Source of the DNA: an uncultured delta proteobacterium
Lineage (GTDB): Bacteria; Myxococcota; Myxococcia; Myxococcales; Anaeromyxobacteraceae
Direction of reading: 5' to 3'
Length of the DNA: 64,000 bases
Assembly (NCBI GenBank): GCA_963828255.1
Contig: CAWHDZ010000012.1
Coordinates: forward strand, 20,262-84,261
A program made the position numbers and the translations under genes. This document shows, in pieces, positions 9,396 through 19,240 of the stretch (position 1 is its first letter; each line of letters opens with the position of its first letter). The notes under the pieces are model-generated. The model was not told the DNA's origin, did no database searches, and saw nothing but the letters and a program-made list of their open reading frames with translations.

Positions 9396-10853
9396 TCAGG
9401 GGCAGGGGAGCCCGCGCAGGGCCGGCGGAGCGGTGCGCAGCCAGGCCACGGCGGCGTCGCGCAGCCGGAGGTCGCCGCGGATGGTCCTCGCGCCGGGCTG
9501 GAGCCGGGTGAGCACGCCGCGCAGCCCGTCGCCGCCCTCGGCGAGGAACTCGTTCATCGCGACGGTGTAGGTCCGGGATGGGTCGATGGGGACGCCGGCG
9601 CAGGTGCGCGTCGCGGCGCCGTCGAAGACCACGCCCGCGACCTGCGGCGCCTCGTTGCGGAAGGAGGAGAGCGCGGAGAGCGCAGCGAGAAGGTCGGCCC
9701 CCCGCATCCGCACCACCGCCAGCCCGTCGTCGAAGGGCATGGCCTCGTACACCTGGCCGTAGCGCAGTTCCCCGGCGGGCAACGTGGCCCGGAGCGCGCC
9801 GGCGTTGACGAGCCCGACCTCGGCTCCCATGGCCGAGCGGGCCGCCTGGGCGGCCGTGGCCCCCAGCGGGGAGACCCGGTCGCGCCCTCGCCCGAGCGGC
9901 CGGTCGAGCCGCACCCCCACGGGGCGCATCCGCTCCGCGTCGGCCGCGGCCAGCGCGGGCGCCACCGCGGCGCGCACCTTCGCGTCCTCGGCGACGGGGC
10001 CGCCGCCCTTCCCGTCGCCAGGGCGGATGGGCAGGTGGAAGCGGGCCGGCTGCCCGGCGCAGAGGGTGAGCCATCCCACCGACTCCCCCCTGGAGCCCGC
10101 CTGGAGGAGCGCCACGCCGTTCACCCTGTGTGAAACATACCCGTGGGTGTGGCCGCCCACCAGCACGTCCACCAGGCCGGCCGGCAGCGCCCGCGCCAGC
10201 GAGAACAGCTCGCCGCGGGGGTCGCACGACGAGAGGTCGTCGGGGGATGCGCGCTCGCGGCAGGACCCGCCGGCGTGGACCACGCCCACGACCAGCCCGG
10301 CGCCCCGGGCGCGCAGGTCGCGGGCCTGGCGCTCGGCCTCCCGGGCCAGCTTGCCGAAGCGCAGCCCGGCCGCGTTGGCGGGCATGGTCTGCCGCGGCGT
10401 GGAGGGCGTGGAGAGGCCGAACACCCCGACCACCGGCCCCCCGGGGAGGCTGAAGATCCGGCCCGGCTCGAGGTTCTTCCAGTCCGGCATGCGTCCGGTG
10501 CGGGCGTCGCGGAGGTTGGCGGCCAGGGTGGGGTAGGGGGCGGCGGCGATGCGCCGGCGGGCCGCCTCCTGGCCGAAGTCGAGGTCGTGGTTCCCCAGCG
10601 CCGCCGCATCCACTCCCAGTGCAGCAAGCCCGGCGGTGACCGCGTCCCCCGCCGAGAGGCTGGCCTCGATGGTCCCCTGCGCCGAGTCGCCGGCGTCGAG
10701 CAGGAGCGACGGACCGCGGGCCCGCACCGGCGCGATGGCGGACGCGATGCGGGGGAGCGCGTCCACCCGTCCGTGCAGGTCGGAGAGGGACAGGATCTCG
10801 ACGCAGGTGGGGGCGGCCGAGAGGGCGAGGGCGAGCGCGGCGTGCAGCAGCAT
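9396..10853 (-). CDS. Bifunctional metallophosphatase/5'-nucleotidase (UshA family)
   Basis: SDLHG, LLLDAGD, LGNHDLDFG, GGHTH, NAGALR, PFDD motifs; signal peptide. Confidence 0.92.
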   Translation of the reverse strand: MLLHAALALALSAAPTCVEILSLSDLHGRVDALPRIASAIAPVRARGPSLLLDAGDSAQGTIEASLSAGDAVTAGLAALGVDAAALGNHDLDFGQEAARRRIAAAPYPTLAANLRDARTGRMPDWKNLEPGRIFSLPGGPVVGVFGLSTPSTPRQTMPANAAGLRFGKLAREAERQARDLRARGAGLVVGVVHAGGSCRERASPDDLSSCDPRGELFSLARALPAGLVDVLVGGHTHGYVSHRVNGVALLQAGSRGESVGWLTLCAGQPARFHLPIRPGDGKGGGPVAEDAKVRAAVAPALAAADAERMRPVGVRLDRPLGRGRDRVSPLGATAAQAARSAMGAEVGLVNAGALRATLPAGELRYGQVYEAMPFDDGLAVVRMRGADLLAALSALSSFRNEAPQVAGVVFDGAATRTCAGVPIDPSRTYTVAMNEFLAEGGDGLRGVLTRLQPGARTIRGDLRLRDAAVAWLRTAPPALRGLPCP

Positions 10854-11022
10854 GGAGGTCCCGAGGACCTTAGCAGCCACCCCGGACACCCCTCCAGTTG
10901 ATCTGGATCAGGTCCCGGTACGATTTGACGCGCAGCGAAATGCTTGCACCCGGTCGGGTGTGTTTCCCTTCGCCGGAATCGGGGGTGCTTCGTTGGCTGG
11001 ACGTCTCGAACGGCTCAGGAAG

Positions 11023-11307
11023 ATGGTGCAGTCCGGCCTCATCCGGGAGGAATTGCCGCCGGCGCCGCCGCCCGCTCCGGAGTCTCCCCGCCCCTCGCTC
11101 CTCCGCGTCCTCTTCGAGGTCGAGTCGCTCCCCGACGCCCCATCCGGGTCGTCCGGCGGCCGGCGCTCGCTCCTCGCGGTCCTCGTCTCCCGCGAGTCGC
11201 TCCCGGTCGACCCGGAGCGCAAGCGCACGCACCGAGACTGGCTCTCCTTCCTGTTCGCTCCCGAACCCATCGACCCGCCCGGCCGCCCCGGGCCGGAGGC
11301 CCACTGA
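11023..11307 (+). CDS. Small Pro-rich hypothetical protein with three internal repeats
   Basis: AGGA RBS; stop abuts the cytochrome start (TGAATG); repeats SLLRVLFEVESLP / SLLAVLVSRESLP / WLSFLFAPEPI. Confidence 0.55.
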   Translation: MVQSGLIREELPPAPPPAPESPRPSLLRVLFEVESLPDAPSGSSGGRRSLLAVLVSRESLPVDPERKRTHRDWLSFLFAPEPIDPPGRPGPEAH

Positions 11308-11772
11308 ATGGAGCACGGCAAGCACGTCTTCCGAATCGTCATCCTCGTGGCCGTGATCCTGGTCGTGGTGATCCTGGGGCGCGGGCTGCTCATCCCCAAG
11401 ACCTACGGCCTGTACGGCCGCTACCGCGCAGCCAACGTCGCCGAGCAGATGAACGCGCGCCCCGTGCTCCACGCCGGCGCGGCCGCCTGCGCCGAGTGCC
11501 ACTCCGACCAGGCCGCCAAGCGTACCGCCGGGGCGCACCGGAACGTGAGCTGCGAGATCTGCCACGCCCCGCTCGGCGCCCACGTCCTGGCCGACGGCTC
11601 GGTGGTCAAGCCGCCCATCGACCGCTCGTTCACCCTGTGTGCGCGCTGCCACCGCAAGATGGCCGCGCGGCCCCCGAAGTTCCCGCAGGTCGACCTCGAC
11701 CAGCACGTCAACGGGCCGGTCGAGGGCAAGGTCTGCCTGCAGTGCCACGACCCCCACTCGCCGAAGCCGTGA
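11308..11772 (+). CDS. Membrane-anchored tetraheme cytochrome c
   Basis: N-terminal TM; CAECH, CEICH, CARCH, CLQCH. Confidence 0.92.
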   Translation: MEHGKHVFRIVILVAVILVVVILGRGLLIPKTYGLYGRYRAANVAEQMNARPVLHAGAAACAECHSDQAAKRTAGAHRNVSCEICHAPLGAHVLADGSVVKPPIDRSFTLCARCHRKMAARPPKFPQVDLDQHVNGPVEGKVCLQCHDPHSPKP

Positions 11773-11783
11773 AGGAGGACACC

Positions 11784-12572
11784 ATGAGCGACTGTCACGA
11801 CGGGTGCAACGGGAGCCGCCGCGAGTTCCTCTCCGGAACGCTGAAGCTGGCCGGCGGCGCGGTGGTGACCGTGATCGGCGCCTCGGCGCTGGCCTCCTCC
11901 TCCGGCCCCACCAGCGCGCCGGTGCCGGGCGGGGGGGAGTACGACTGGAACGAGCACCTCTGGGCCTACCTGGTGGACACCACGAAGTGCATCGGCTGCG
12001 GCTCCTGCGCCCGGGCCTGCAAGGCCGAGAACGCCGTGCCCGACGGATTCTTCCGCACCTGGATCGAGCGCTATGCCGTGGGCACCGACGACAGCCACGT
12101 GGACTCGCCCAACGGCGGCATGGACGGCTTCCCGCCGGTCCAGGTGGGCTTCGTCGCCAACAAGTCCTTCTTCGTCCCCAAGATCTGCAACCACTGCCGG
12201 GCCACCCCCTGCACGCAGGTCTGCCCGGTGGGCGCCTCGTACCGCACCAGGGACGGCGCGGTCCTGGTGGACGCCGACAGCTGCATCGGCTGCGGCTACT
12301 GCGTCCAGGCCTGCCCCTACGGGAGCCGGTTCATCCACCCGGCCACCCACACCGCCTCGAAGTGCACCTGGTGCTACCACCGCATCACCAAGGGGCTGAA
12401 GCCGGCCTGCGTGACGGTCTGCCCGACCCAGGCACGCCAGTTCGGCGACTTGAAGAAGGACGGTGACCCGGTGCGGGCCGTCGTCGAGCACGACCGCGTG
12501 CAGATCCTCCAGGGGCACCTGCTCACCGAGCCCCAGTGCTACTACACCCACCTCGACAAGGAGGTCAGGTGA
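11784..12572 (+). CDS. 4Fe-4S dicluster protein (NrfC/TtrB family) with Tat signal
   Basis: SRREFL twin-arginine; CIGCGSCARAC, CNHC..PCTQVCP, CIGCGYCVQACP, CTWC..PACVTVCP. Confidence 0.93.
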   Translation: MSDCHDGCNGSRREFLSGTLKLAGGAVVTVIGASALASSSGPTSAPVPGGGEYDWNEHLWAYLVDTTKCIGCGSCARACKAENAVPDGFFRTWIERYAVGTDDSHVDSPNGGMDGFPPVQVGFVANKSFFVPKICNHCRATPCTQVCPVGASYRTRDGAVLVDADSCIGCGYCVQACPYGSRFIHPATHTASKCTWCYHRITKGLKPACVTVCPTQARQFGDLKKDGDPVRAVVEHDRVQILQGHLLTEPQCYYTHLDKEVR

Positions 12573-13795
12573 TGCCCGAGATCACCGGCTTCTCCTTCCC
12601 CAACGACATCCACGTCACGTGGAGCCTGATGATCGTCATGTACCCGTACATCACCGGGTTCGTGGCCGGCTCCTTCATCGTGACCTCGCTCTACCACCTC
12701 TTCGACCGCCAGGAGTTCAAGCCGGTGGCGCGCCTCGCCATGGCCACCTCCTTCGCCTTCCTGCTGGTGGCCTCGCTCCCGCTCCAGCTCCACCTGGGGC
12801 AGCCGCAGCGCGGGCCGTTCGTCATCATCACGCCCAACTTCACCTCGGCCATGGCCGGCTTCGGCATCCTCTACTCGTTCTACATGCTCGTGCTGGTGCT
12901 CGAGCTCTGGTTCGTGTGGAGGCAGGAGATCATCGACCGGGCCCGGCGCAGCCGCGGGATGAAGCGCGCCTTCTACGCCGCGCTGGCCCTGGGCACCTAC
13001 GACACCTCGCCCGAGGCCATCGAGATCGACCACAAGGCCATCAAGATCCTGGCCGGCATCGGCCTGCCCGCCGCCTGCATGCTGCACGGCTACGTGGGGT
13101 TCATCTTCGGCGCCATCAAGGCCAACCCCTGGTGGTCCACGCCGCTCATGCCGGTCATCTTCCTGCTCTCGGCGGCGGTCTCCGGCATCGCGCTGCTCAT
13201 CCTCCTCTACCAGGTGTACGCCAAGCTCGACCGGCGCCCGGTGGTGGCCACCTGCGTCTCCGCCCTGGCCAGCTGGCTCTGGTTCTTCCTCATCCTGACC
13301 ATCACCCTGGAGGAGCTCGAGCTCATCGTGATGGCCTACGAGAAGTCGGAGTCCTGGCTCATCATCTCCGAGCTGCTCACCACCCGGCTCTCCTTCTCCT
13401 ACGTCACCATGCAGATGATCATCGGCGGGCTCATCCCGCTCATCCTGCTGGCGGTGGTGGTGCTCATGAACCGCTACCTGCACGACAAGGTGCGCAACAC
13501 GCTGGCCACGGTGGCCGCGTTCCTCACGCTCATCCAGGTCTTCTCGATGCGCTGGAACATCGTCATCGGCGGACAGCTCCTCTCCAAGTCGCTGCGCGGG
13601 CTGCGCTCCCCGTACGAGCCGGAGATGTTCGGGCGGGAAGGGGTGCTCATGGCCATCGCCCTCTTCGTGGCGCCCTTCGTCATCCTCTGGGTCTTCGACC
13701 GGGTGCTGGGCATCGAGGAGCCGGAGGGGAGCGCAGGCCACGGCAGCCCGCCGGCCGCTCCCGCCGAGGCGTCCCCCGCCAGTCACGTGCCGTGA
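12572..13795 (+). CDS. NrfD/PsrC family integral membrane quinol-interacting subunit
   Basis: W-x-x-x-IVMYPYITG, HLGQPQR, LHGYVGFIF; multiple TM helices; coupled to the NrfC-like gene. Confidence 0.9.
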   Translation: MPEITGFSFPNDIHVTWSLMIVMYPYITGFVAGSFIVTSLYHLFDRQEFKPVARLAMATSFAFLLVASLPLQLHLGQPQRGPFVIITPNFTSAMAGFGILYSFYMLVLVLELWFVWRQEIIDRARRSRGMKRAFYAALALGTYDTSPEAIEIDHKAIKILAGIGLPAACMLHGYVGFIFGAIKANPWWSTPLMPVIFLLSAAVSGIALLILLYQVYAKLDRRPVVATCVSALASWLWFFLILTITLEELELIVMAYEKSESWLIISELLTTRLSFSYVTMQMIIGGLIPLILLAVVVLMNRYLHDKVRNTLATVAAFLTLIQVFSMRWNIVIGGQLLSKSLRGLRSPYEPEMFGREGVLMAIALFVAPFVILWVFDRVLGIEEPEGSAGHGSPPAAPAEASPASHVP

Positions 13796-13797
13796 AC

Positions 13798-15537
13798 ATG
13801 GGGGACACATCGCTCCTGGAGGCGCGGCTCGCCGATCTCGCCGACGTGGTGGCGCGGCTCGATGCGCGCGTGGCGTCGCTGGAGCGGGCCGCGACCCCGG
13901 GCCGGCGCTCCGCCGCGCAGGCCGCCCTGGACCGGTCCGCCATCCCTTCCCGGGAGAGCACCGGCGCGTTCGACGCCGGCCAGGCCACGCGGGTCGTCTC
14001 CCTGGGCGGCCGCACGCTGCTCGTCCTGGCCGGCGCCTTCGTGCTTCGCGCCGTGACCGACGCGGGGAGCATCCCCTCCTGGCTGGGCGTGGGGCTCGGC
14101 TTCGTCTACGCCGGCGCCTGGATGATCATGGCCGACCGGGCCGGAAAGGCCGGGCAGACCCTGTCGGCGGCCTTCCACGCCGCCTCGGTGGTGATCATCG
14201 GCTTCCCGCTCCTCATCGAGGGGACGAACAGGTTCAAGCTCTTCTCGCCGGGCGGCAGCGCGCTCGTGCTCACCGCCCTCACCGGGGCCGCCCTCCTGCT
14301 GGCCACCCGGCGGGGGCTGCAGTCGCTCGCCTGGGTCGTGTCCCTCGGCGGGACGGCCACCGCGCTCTGGCTCATGGCCACCTCGAAGGTTCTCGTCCCC
14401 GGGGCCCTCTACCTGGTTGCGCTGGGGACCGCCGTGGCCTGGATCGGCTACATCCGGGACTGGACCGGCATCCGCTGGCCGGTGGCGCTCGTCGCCGACG
14501 TGATGATCCTCGTCGTCGCGGTGAAGGCCGGCGACCGGATGACCAACGAGGGGCCAGGCTCGGCGCTGTTCGTCCAGGCGGTGCTGGTGGCCCTCTTCCT
14601 GGGCTCCTTCGCGACCCGCACCCTGTACATGGGGCGCAAGGTGGTGCCCTTCGAGATGCTCCAGGCCGCCGCGGTGATCGTGGTGGGCATCGGAGGGGCG
14701 GTCTGGGTGGCCGTCCGCTCTGGCCTCGGCCAGGCCGGGTTCGGGGTCACCTCCGTCGTCTTCGGCGTGGCCTCCTACGCGGTGGCCTTCGCCTTCGTGG
14801 AGCGGCGCCAGAAGATCCGGGAGAACTTCTACTTCTACACGTCCATCGCGCTCGTCTTCCTGCTCTCCGGGACCGGCCTGCTCCTCGGCGAGCCGGCGCG
14901 GTCGGTGGTCTGGGGCGCGCTCGCCGTCCTCTTCGCCTGGCTCTCGCTCTCGCGGAAGAGCCGCACGCTCTCCACCCACGCGGCCGTCTACGCCGTCGCC
15001 GCCGCCGCCGGGAGCGGGCTCGTCGCCCGGTCCATCTGGACCCTCTTCGTCGGCGGCGAGGTCGGGTGGCGCCCGTCCTTCGCCACCACGGCGGTCCTCC
15101 TCGCCGTCGCGGCGAGCGCCTGGCTGGCCGGCCGGGTGCCCCGGACCAGCCTCCTCGAGCGCATCCCGCCGGTCCTCCTCCACGTGGTGGTGGTGGTCGG
15201 GACCTGCGGGACCCTGGTCGCCTGGCTGGCGCCGTTCGTCGCCGGGGTCGGACCGGGCACGAGCCCCGGAGCGCTCGCCACGCTCCGCACGGTCGTCCTG
15301 GTCGCCGCGGTCCTGGCCACCGCCTTCCTGGGGCGCACCCCGGGCCAGGCCGAGGCCGGCTGGCTCGCCTATCCGCTGCTCGGCTTCATCGGCCTGAAGA
15401 TGCTCCTCGAGGACCTTCCGCGGGGGCGTCCCGTCACCCTCATCCTGGCCTTCGCCTTCTACGGGCTGGCGCTCATCCTGGTTCCCCGCATCCGCGCGCG
15501 GGGGGTCGCTGCGCAGGCCCCGACCGAGACGGGCTGA
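13798..15537 (+). CDS. Polytopic membrane protein (DUF2339-like)
   Basis: N-terminal coiled coil (LEARLADL...RVASLE) followed by many TM segments. Confidence 0.65.
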   Translation: MGDTSLLEARLADLADVVARLDARVASLERAATPGRRSAAQAALDRSAIPSRESTGAFDAGQATRVVSLGGRTLLVLAGAFVLRAVTDAGSIPSWLGVGLGFVYAGAWMIMADRAGKAGQTLSAAFHAASVVIIGFPLLIEGTNRFKLFSPGGSALVLTALTGAALLLATRRGLQSLAWVVSLGGTATALWLMATSKVLVPGALYLVALGTAVAWIGYIRDWTGIRWPVALVADVMILVVAVKAGDRMTNEGPGSALFVQAVLVALFLGSFATRTLYMGRKVVPFEMLQAAAVIVVGIGGAVWVAVRSGLGQAGFGVTSVVFGVASYAVAFAFVERRQKIRENFYFYTSIALVFLLSGTGLLLGEPARSVVWGALAVLFAWLSLSRKSRTLSTHAAVYAVAAAAGSGLVARSIWTLFVGGEVGWRPSFATTAVLLAVAASAWLAGRVPRTSLLERIPPVLLHVVVVVGTCGTLVAWLAPFVAGVGPGTSPGALATLRTVVLVAAVLATAFLGRTPGQAEAGWLAYPLLGFIGLKMLLEDLPRGRPVTLILAFAFYGLALILVPRIRARGVAAQAPTETG

Positions 15538-15654
15538 ACGCGCCGGGGTGCATCGCGGTGTGGCGCGCCGCCGATTGCCGGGGTACCCTGTCCGTGGTAC
15601 GCCGCATGATCTGACGTGGGGTGAAGGGCGCCCCAGGGGGCAGGGGAACCAAGG

Positions 15655-16299
15655 ATGCCGACGAGAGCCATAGCCATCGAGGACGACGAGGCAGTCTCCC
15701 GCCTCATCGCGCAGGTGCTGACTGCGCACGGCTTCGAGATGTGCGGGACCGCAGCCACCGGCGAGGACGGGATCGCGCTGGCGCGCCGCGAGGTCCCCGA
15801 CGTCGCCCTCGTGGACCTGGGCCTCCCCAAGATGAGCGGCGAGGACGTCATCGCCGCCATCCGCCAGGAGGTCCCGAAGACCATGTGCATCGCGCTCACC
15901 GCGGTGGACATCCCTGCCCGCGTCCTGGGCGCGCTGCGCGCGGGGGCCGCTGGCTACATCCTCAAGCCCTTCCACGCCGGCGAGCTGGCCCGGGCCGTCG
16001 AGGACGTGCTCCGCGGCGACTCCGCGCCCATCAGCCCCCGCGCCGCCAAGGTGCTGCTGGCGGAGCTTCGCGGCGACGCGCCCGACCAGCGCAACCACGG
16101 ACCGCCGCTCTCCAAGCGGGAGCGGGAGGTGCTCGAGCTCCTGGTCCACGGCCACACCTACGCCGACGTGGCCAACGCCCTCGGGATCGCCGAGGGGACC
16201 GTCCAGACCTACGTGAAGCGCATCTACGAGAAGATGGACGTCTCCACGAAGGCGGAGGCGGCGCTCCTCGCGGTGGCTCGCGGTCTCGTGAAGCCGTAG
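15655..16299 (+). CDS. NarL/LuxR family response regulator
   Basis: IEDD, DLGLPKMSG, GAAGYILK receiver; LSKREREVL...TVQTYVKRIYEK HTH. Confidence 0.95.
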   Translation: MPTRAIAIEDDEAVSRLIAQVLTAHGFEMCGTAATGEDGIALARREVPDVALVDLGLPKMSGEDVIAAIRQEVPKTMCIALTAVDIPARVLGALRAGAAGYILKPFHAGELARAVEDVLRGDSAPISPRAAKVLLAELRGDAPDQRNHGPPLSKREREVLELLVHGHTYADVANALGIAEGTVQTYVKRIYEKMDVSTKAEAALLAVARGLVKP

Positions 16300-16354
16300 C
16301 GTCGCCGGTTATACCCTCCGGGCCTGGACGGAGTGCCGGGTGTCCCGGCCTGCC

Positions 16355-16382
16355 TTGACTTGCAGGGGTCGGTCCCTATAAT
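16355..16382 (+). promoter_or_regulatory. Sigma70 promoter of the yceD-rpmF-plsX-fab operon
   Basis: TTGACT-16 nt-TATAAT. Confidence 0.75.
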
Positions 16383-16414
16383 GGACCGCTTTTCACGAGC
16401 CCGAAGTTGCGCAA

Positions 16415-16978
16415 ATGCGCGTCAATATTGATGAAATCAAGGATTCTGGCCTCGAGCGTGCCTGGGAGATCCCCACCGCCCGCCTCGACGAAGCCCTCCG
16501 CGGCGACCGTGCCGGCTACCAGGCCGTGCGTCCGGCCAGGGTCGAGGCTCGCCTGGGGCGGCTGGGGAAGCGGGTCCGGCTGGAGGCGGTGACCAGCGTC
16601 GAGCTCACCTCTCCCTGCGGCCGCTGCCTCGCCCCGGCCCGGACCACCGTCCCGGTGGACTTCCAGCTCTCCCTCGTCCCGGTCGAGGAGGCCGCGCAGT
16701 CGGAAGGCGGGTCCCGGGAGGACGGCGAGGAGCACTCCGAGGGCAGCTTCACGCCCCACCAGGTGGACGAGGAAACCTACCAGGGCAAGGTGATCGACCT
16801 CGATCCCCTGGTCGAGGAGCAGGTGGTGCTGGCGCTTCCGGCGTACCCGGTGTGCCAGGAGGGTTGCAAGGGGCTCTGCCCCGTCTGCGGCCAGAACCAG
16901 AACGAGAAGGCGTGCGGCTGCGACCGCCACGTGCCCGACCCCAGGTGGGCGGGGCTGGAGAAGTTCCGGCAGTCGTAG
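16415..16978 (+). CDS. yceD: YceD/DUF177 family protein
   Basis: CGRCL, CQEGCKGLCPVCGQN, DPRWAGL; upstream of rpmF. Confidence 0.9.
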   Translation: MRVNIDEIKDSGLERAWEIPTARLDEALRGDRAGYQAVRPARVEARLGRLGKRVRLEAVTSVELTSPCGRCLAPARTTVPVDFQLSLVPVEEAAQSEGGSREDGEEHSEGSFTPHQVDEETYQGKVIDLDPLVEEQVVLALPAYPVCQEGCKGLCPVCGQNQNEKACGCDRHVPDPRWAGLEKFRQS

Positions 16979-17009
16979 TACCGAGACACATTCACAAGGA
17001 GCGAACACC

Positions 17010-17189
17010 GTGGGAGTTCCCAAGAAGCGAACGAGCAGCATGCGGCGCAACCGTCGGCGCGCGGCCAACTTCAAGATCACGCCTGCCAACGTGACCCTCT
17101 GCCCGAAGTGCAAGGAGCCGGTGATGTCCCACCGGGTCTGCGCGGCGTGCGGGTTCTACAAGGACCGTCAGGTTTCCGAGGGCGCATAG
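17010..17189 (+). CDS. rpmF: 50S ribosomal protein L32
   Basis: Hand translation MGVPKKRTSSMRRNRRRA...CPKCKEPVMSHRVCAACGFYK (GTG start, AAGGAG RBS). Confidence 0.97.
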   Translation: MGVPKKRTSSMRRNRRRAANFKITPANVTLCPKCKEPVMSHRVCAACGFYKDRQVSEGA

Positions 17190-17195
17190 GGCCCG

Positions 17196-18254
17196 ATGGC
17201 CCCGGGCATCGCGCCGGTCGCGTTGGATGCCATGGGGGGCGACAATGCCCCTGCCGCCATCGTGCAGGGCGCCATTGACGCAGCGCGCAAGGGGCAGCCG
17301 GTCATCCTGGTGGGGCCGGAGGAGCGGGTGCGCGCCGAGCTGGAACGGCTGCGCGCCAGCTGGAACCTCCCCGTGCAGGTGCGCCACGCCCCCGAGGTGG
17401 TCGGCATGGACGACCACCCCGGCCAGGTCATGCGCCGCAAGAAGCAGAACTCCATCCGCGTGGCCCTCGAGATGGTGCGCGACGGAGAGGCCTCGGCCGC
17501 CGTCAGCGCGGGGAACAGCGGCGCCGTGATGGCGGGGGCCATGATGGTCCTGGGCTGCTCCGGCGAGGTGCAGCGACCGGCCATCCTCTCGGTGCTCCCG
17601 GCGGCGAAGGGGCGGCCGGTGATGCTCGACGCCGGCGCCAACGTGGACTGCAAGCCGCTGCACCTGGTGCAGTTCGCGCTCATGGGCGAGGTCTACTCCC
17701 GGCGCGTGCTGGGCGTGTCGCGCCCGCGGGTCGCGGTGCTCGCCAACGGCGAGGAGCCGGGCAAGGGCACCGCGCTCACCCGGGCCGCCGCCGCTGCGCT
17801 CTCCCGGTCCGGTCTCCGCTTCCAGGGCTACTGCGAGGGGCGCGACCTGCTGGCCGGCGAGGTGGACGTGGTGGTCACCGACGGCTTCACCGGCAACGTG
17901 GCCCTGAAGACCATGGAGGGCACCGCCCAGGCGCTGGCCGTGATGATGAAGGAGGCGCTGCGCCGCACCCTCCCGGCCCGGCTGGGCGGGGCGCTCGTGA
18001 AGACCGCCATCGACGAGATCCGCCGCCGCGTGGACTGGCGGGAGATCGGCGGGGCCCCCCTGCTCGGCGTCAACGGGGTCGCGGTCATCGCCCACGGCGC
18101 CTCCGACCGGCGCGCCGTGGCCAACGCCGTGGCCCGCGCCGCCGACGGCGCCCGGGCCAGCTGCACCGGCGAGATGGGGGAGGCGGCTGCGCTCGCGGCC
18201 GGGCTCCTCGAAGAGGAGCAGGACGAGGCGGGATCCACCAGGAGGAGCAAATGA
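17196..18254 (+). CDS. plsX: Phosphate acyltransferase PlsX
   Basis: VALDAMGGD, SAGNSGA, LDAGAN, DGFTGNVALK. Confidence 0.97.
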   Translation: MAPGIAPVALDAMGGDNAPAAIVQGAIDAARKGQPVILVGPEERVRAELERLRASWNLPVQVRHAPEVVGMDDHPGQVMRRKKQNSIRVALEMVRDGEASAAVSAGNSGAVMAGAMMVLGCSGEVQRPAILSVLPAAKGRPVMLDAGANVDCKPLHLVQFALMGEVYSRRVLGVSRPRVAVLANGEEPGKGTALTRAAAAALSRSGLRFQGYCEGRDLLAGEVDVVVTDGFTGNVALKTMEGTAQALAVMMKEALRRTLPARLGGALVKTAIDEIRRRVDWREIGGAPLLGVNGVAVIAHGASDRRAVANAVARAADGARASCTGEMGEAAALAAGLLEEEQDEAGSTRRSK

Positions 18255-19231
18255 GGTCGCTCATCGTCGGGACGGGAAGCTACGCGCCGGAGAAGATCGT
18301 CACCAACAAAGATCTGGAGGCCCTCGTCCAGACCAGCGACGACTGGATCGTCGAGCGCACCGGCATCCGGGAGCGGCACGTCGCCTCGGAGACCGAGGCC
18401 ACGAGCGACCTGGCCCTCAAGGCCTCCCTCAAGGCGCTCAAGATGGCCGGGGTGCGCCCCGAGGACGTGGACCTCATCGTGGTCGGCACGATCACGCCCG
18501 ACTTCCCGTTCCCGTCGTCGGCGGCGGTGCTGCAGGCCCAGCTCCACAACAAGAAGGCCTTCGCCTTCGACGTGTCGGCGGCCTGCGCCGGCTCCCTGTA
18601 CGCCCTCTCCATCGCCGACCGCTACGTGGCCTCCGGCGTGGCCCGCGTGGCGCTGGTGGTCGGGGCGGAGATCCTGACCAGCATCACCGACTGGGGCGAC
18701 CGGAACACCTGCATCCTCTTCGGCGACGGCGCCGGCGCCATGGTCCTCGTCCCCACCCAGGATCCGAACCGGGGCATGCTCTCCACCCACCTGCACACCG
18801 ACGGCTCCCTCTGGCCCATCCTGTACACGCCGGGCGGCGGGACGCGGATGCGCATGAGCCAGAAGGTGCTCGACGAGAAGCTCAACACCGTGAAGATGAA
18901 CGGCCGCGAGGTCTACAAGGTCGCCGTCCGGGCGCTCGAGGAGGTCTCCCGCGAGGCGCTCGGGGCCAACGGCCTGCAGCCCAAGGACGTCACCTGGGTC
19001 ATCGCCCACCAGGCCAACAAGCGCATCCTCGACTCCACGCTCGAACGGCTGGGGATCCCGGCCGAGAAGTGCTGGATGAACCTGGAGAAATATGGCAACA
19101 CCTCGTCGGCGAGCGTTCCCATGACCCTCGACGAGGCCAACCGCGCCGGCTGGTTCAAGCCGGGCGATCTCATCCTCATGATGGCCATCGGCGGCGGCAT
19201 GGCCTGGGGCAGCGCGCTCGTTCGCTGGTAG
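18251..19231 (+). CDS. fabH: Beta-ketoacyl-ACP synthase III
   Basis: AACAG, FGDGAGA, HQAN, GNTSSAS. Confidence 0.97.
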   Translation: MRSLIVGTGSYAPEKIVTNKDLEALVQTSDDWIVERTGIRERHVASETEATSDLALKASLKALKMAGVRPEDVDLIVVGTITPDFPFPSSAAVLQAQLHNKKAFAFDVSAACAGSLYALSIADRYVASGVARVALVVGAEILTSITDWGDRNTCILFGDGAGAMVLVPTQDPNRGMLSTHLHTDGSLWPILYTPGGGTRMRMSQKVLDEKLNTVKMNGREVYKVAVRALEEVSREALGANGLQPKDVTWVIAHQANKRILDSTLERLGIPAEKCWMNLEKYGNTSSASVPMTLDEANRAGWFKPGDLILMMAIGGGMAWGSALVRW

Positions 19232-19240
19232 GAGGACTCC

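Noticed and set aside
10122..10137. parS-like GTGAAACA half-sites (also ~53467)
   Set aside because: The other half does not match TGTTTCAC; the first is better explained by the TNCAC-N5-GTGNA motif.
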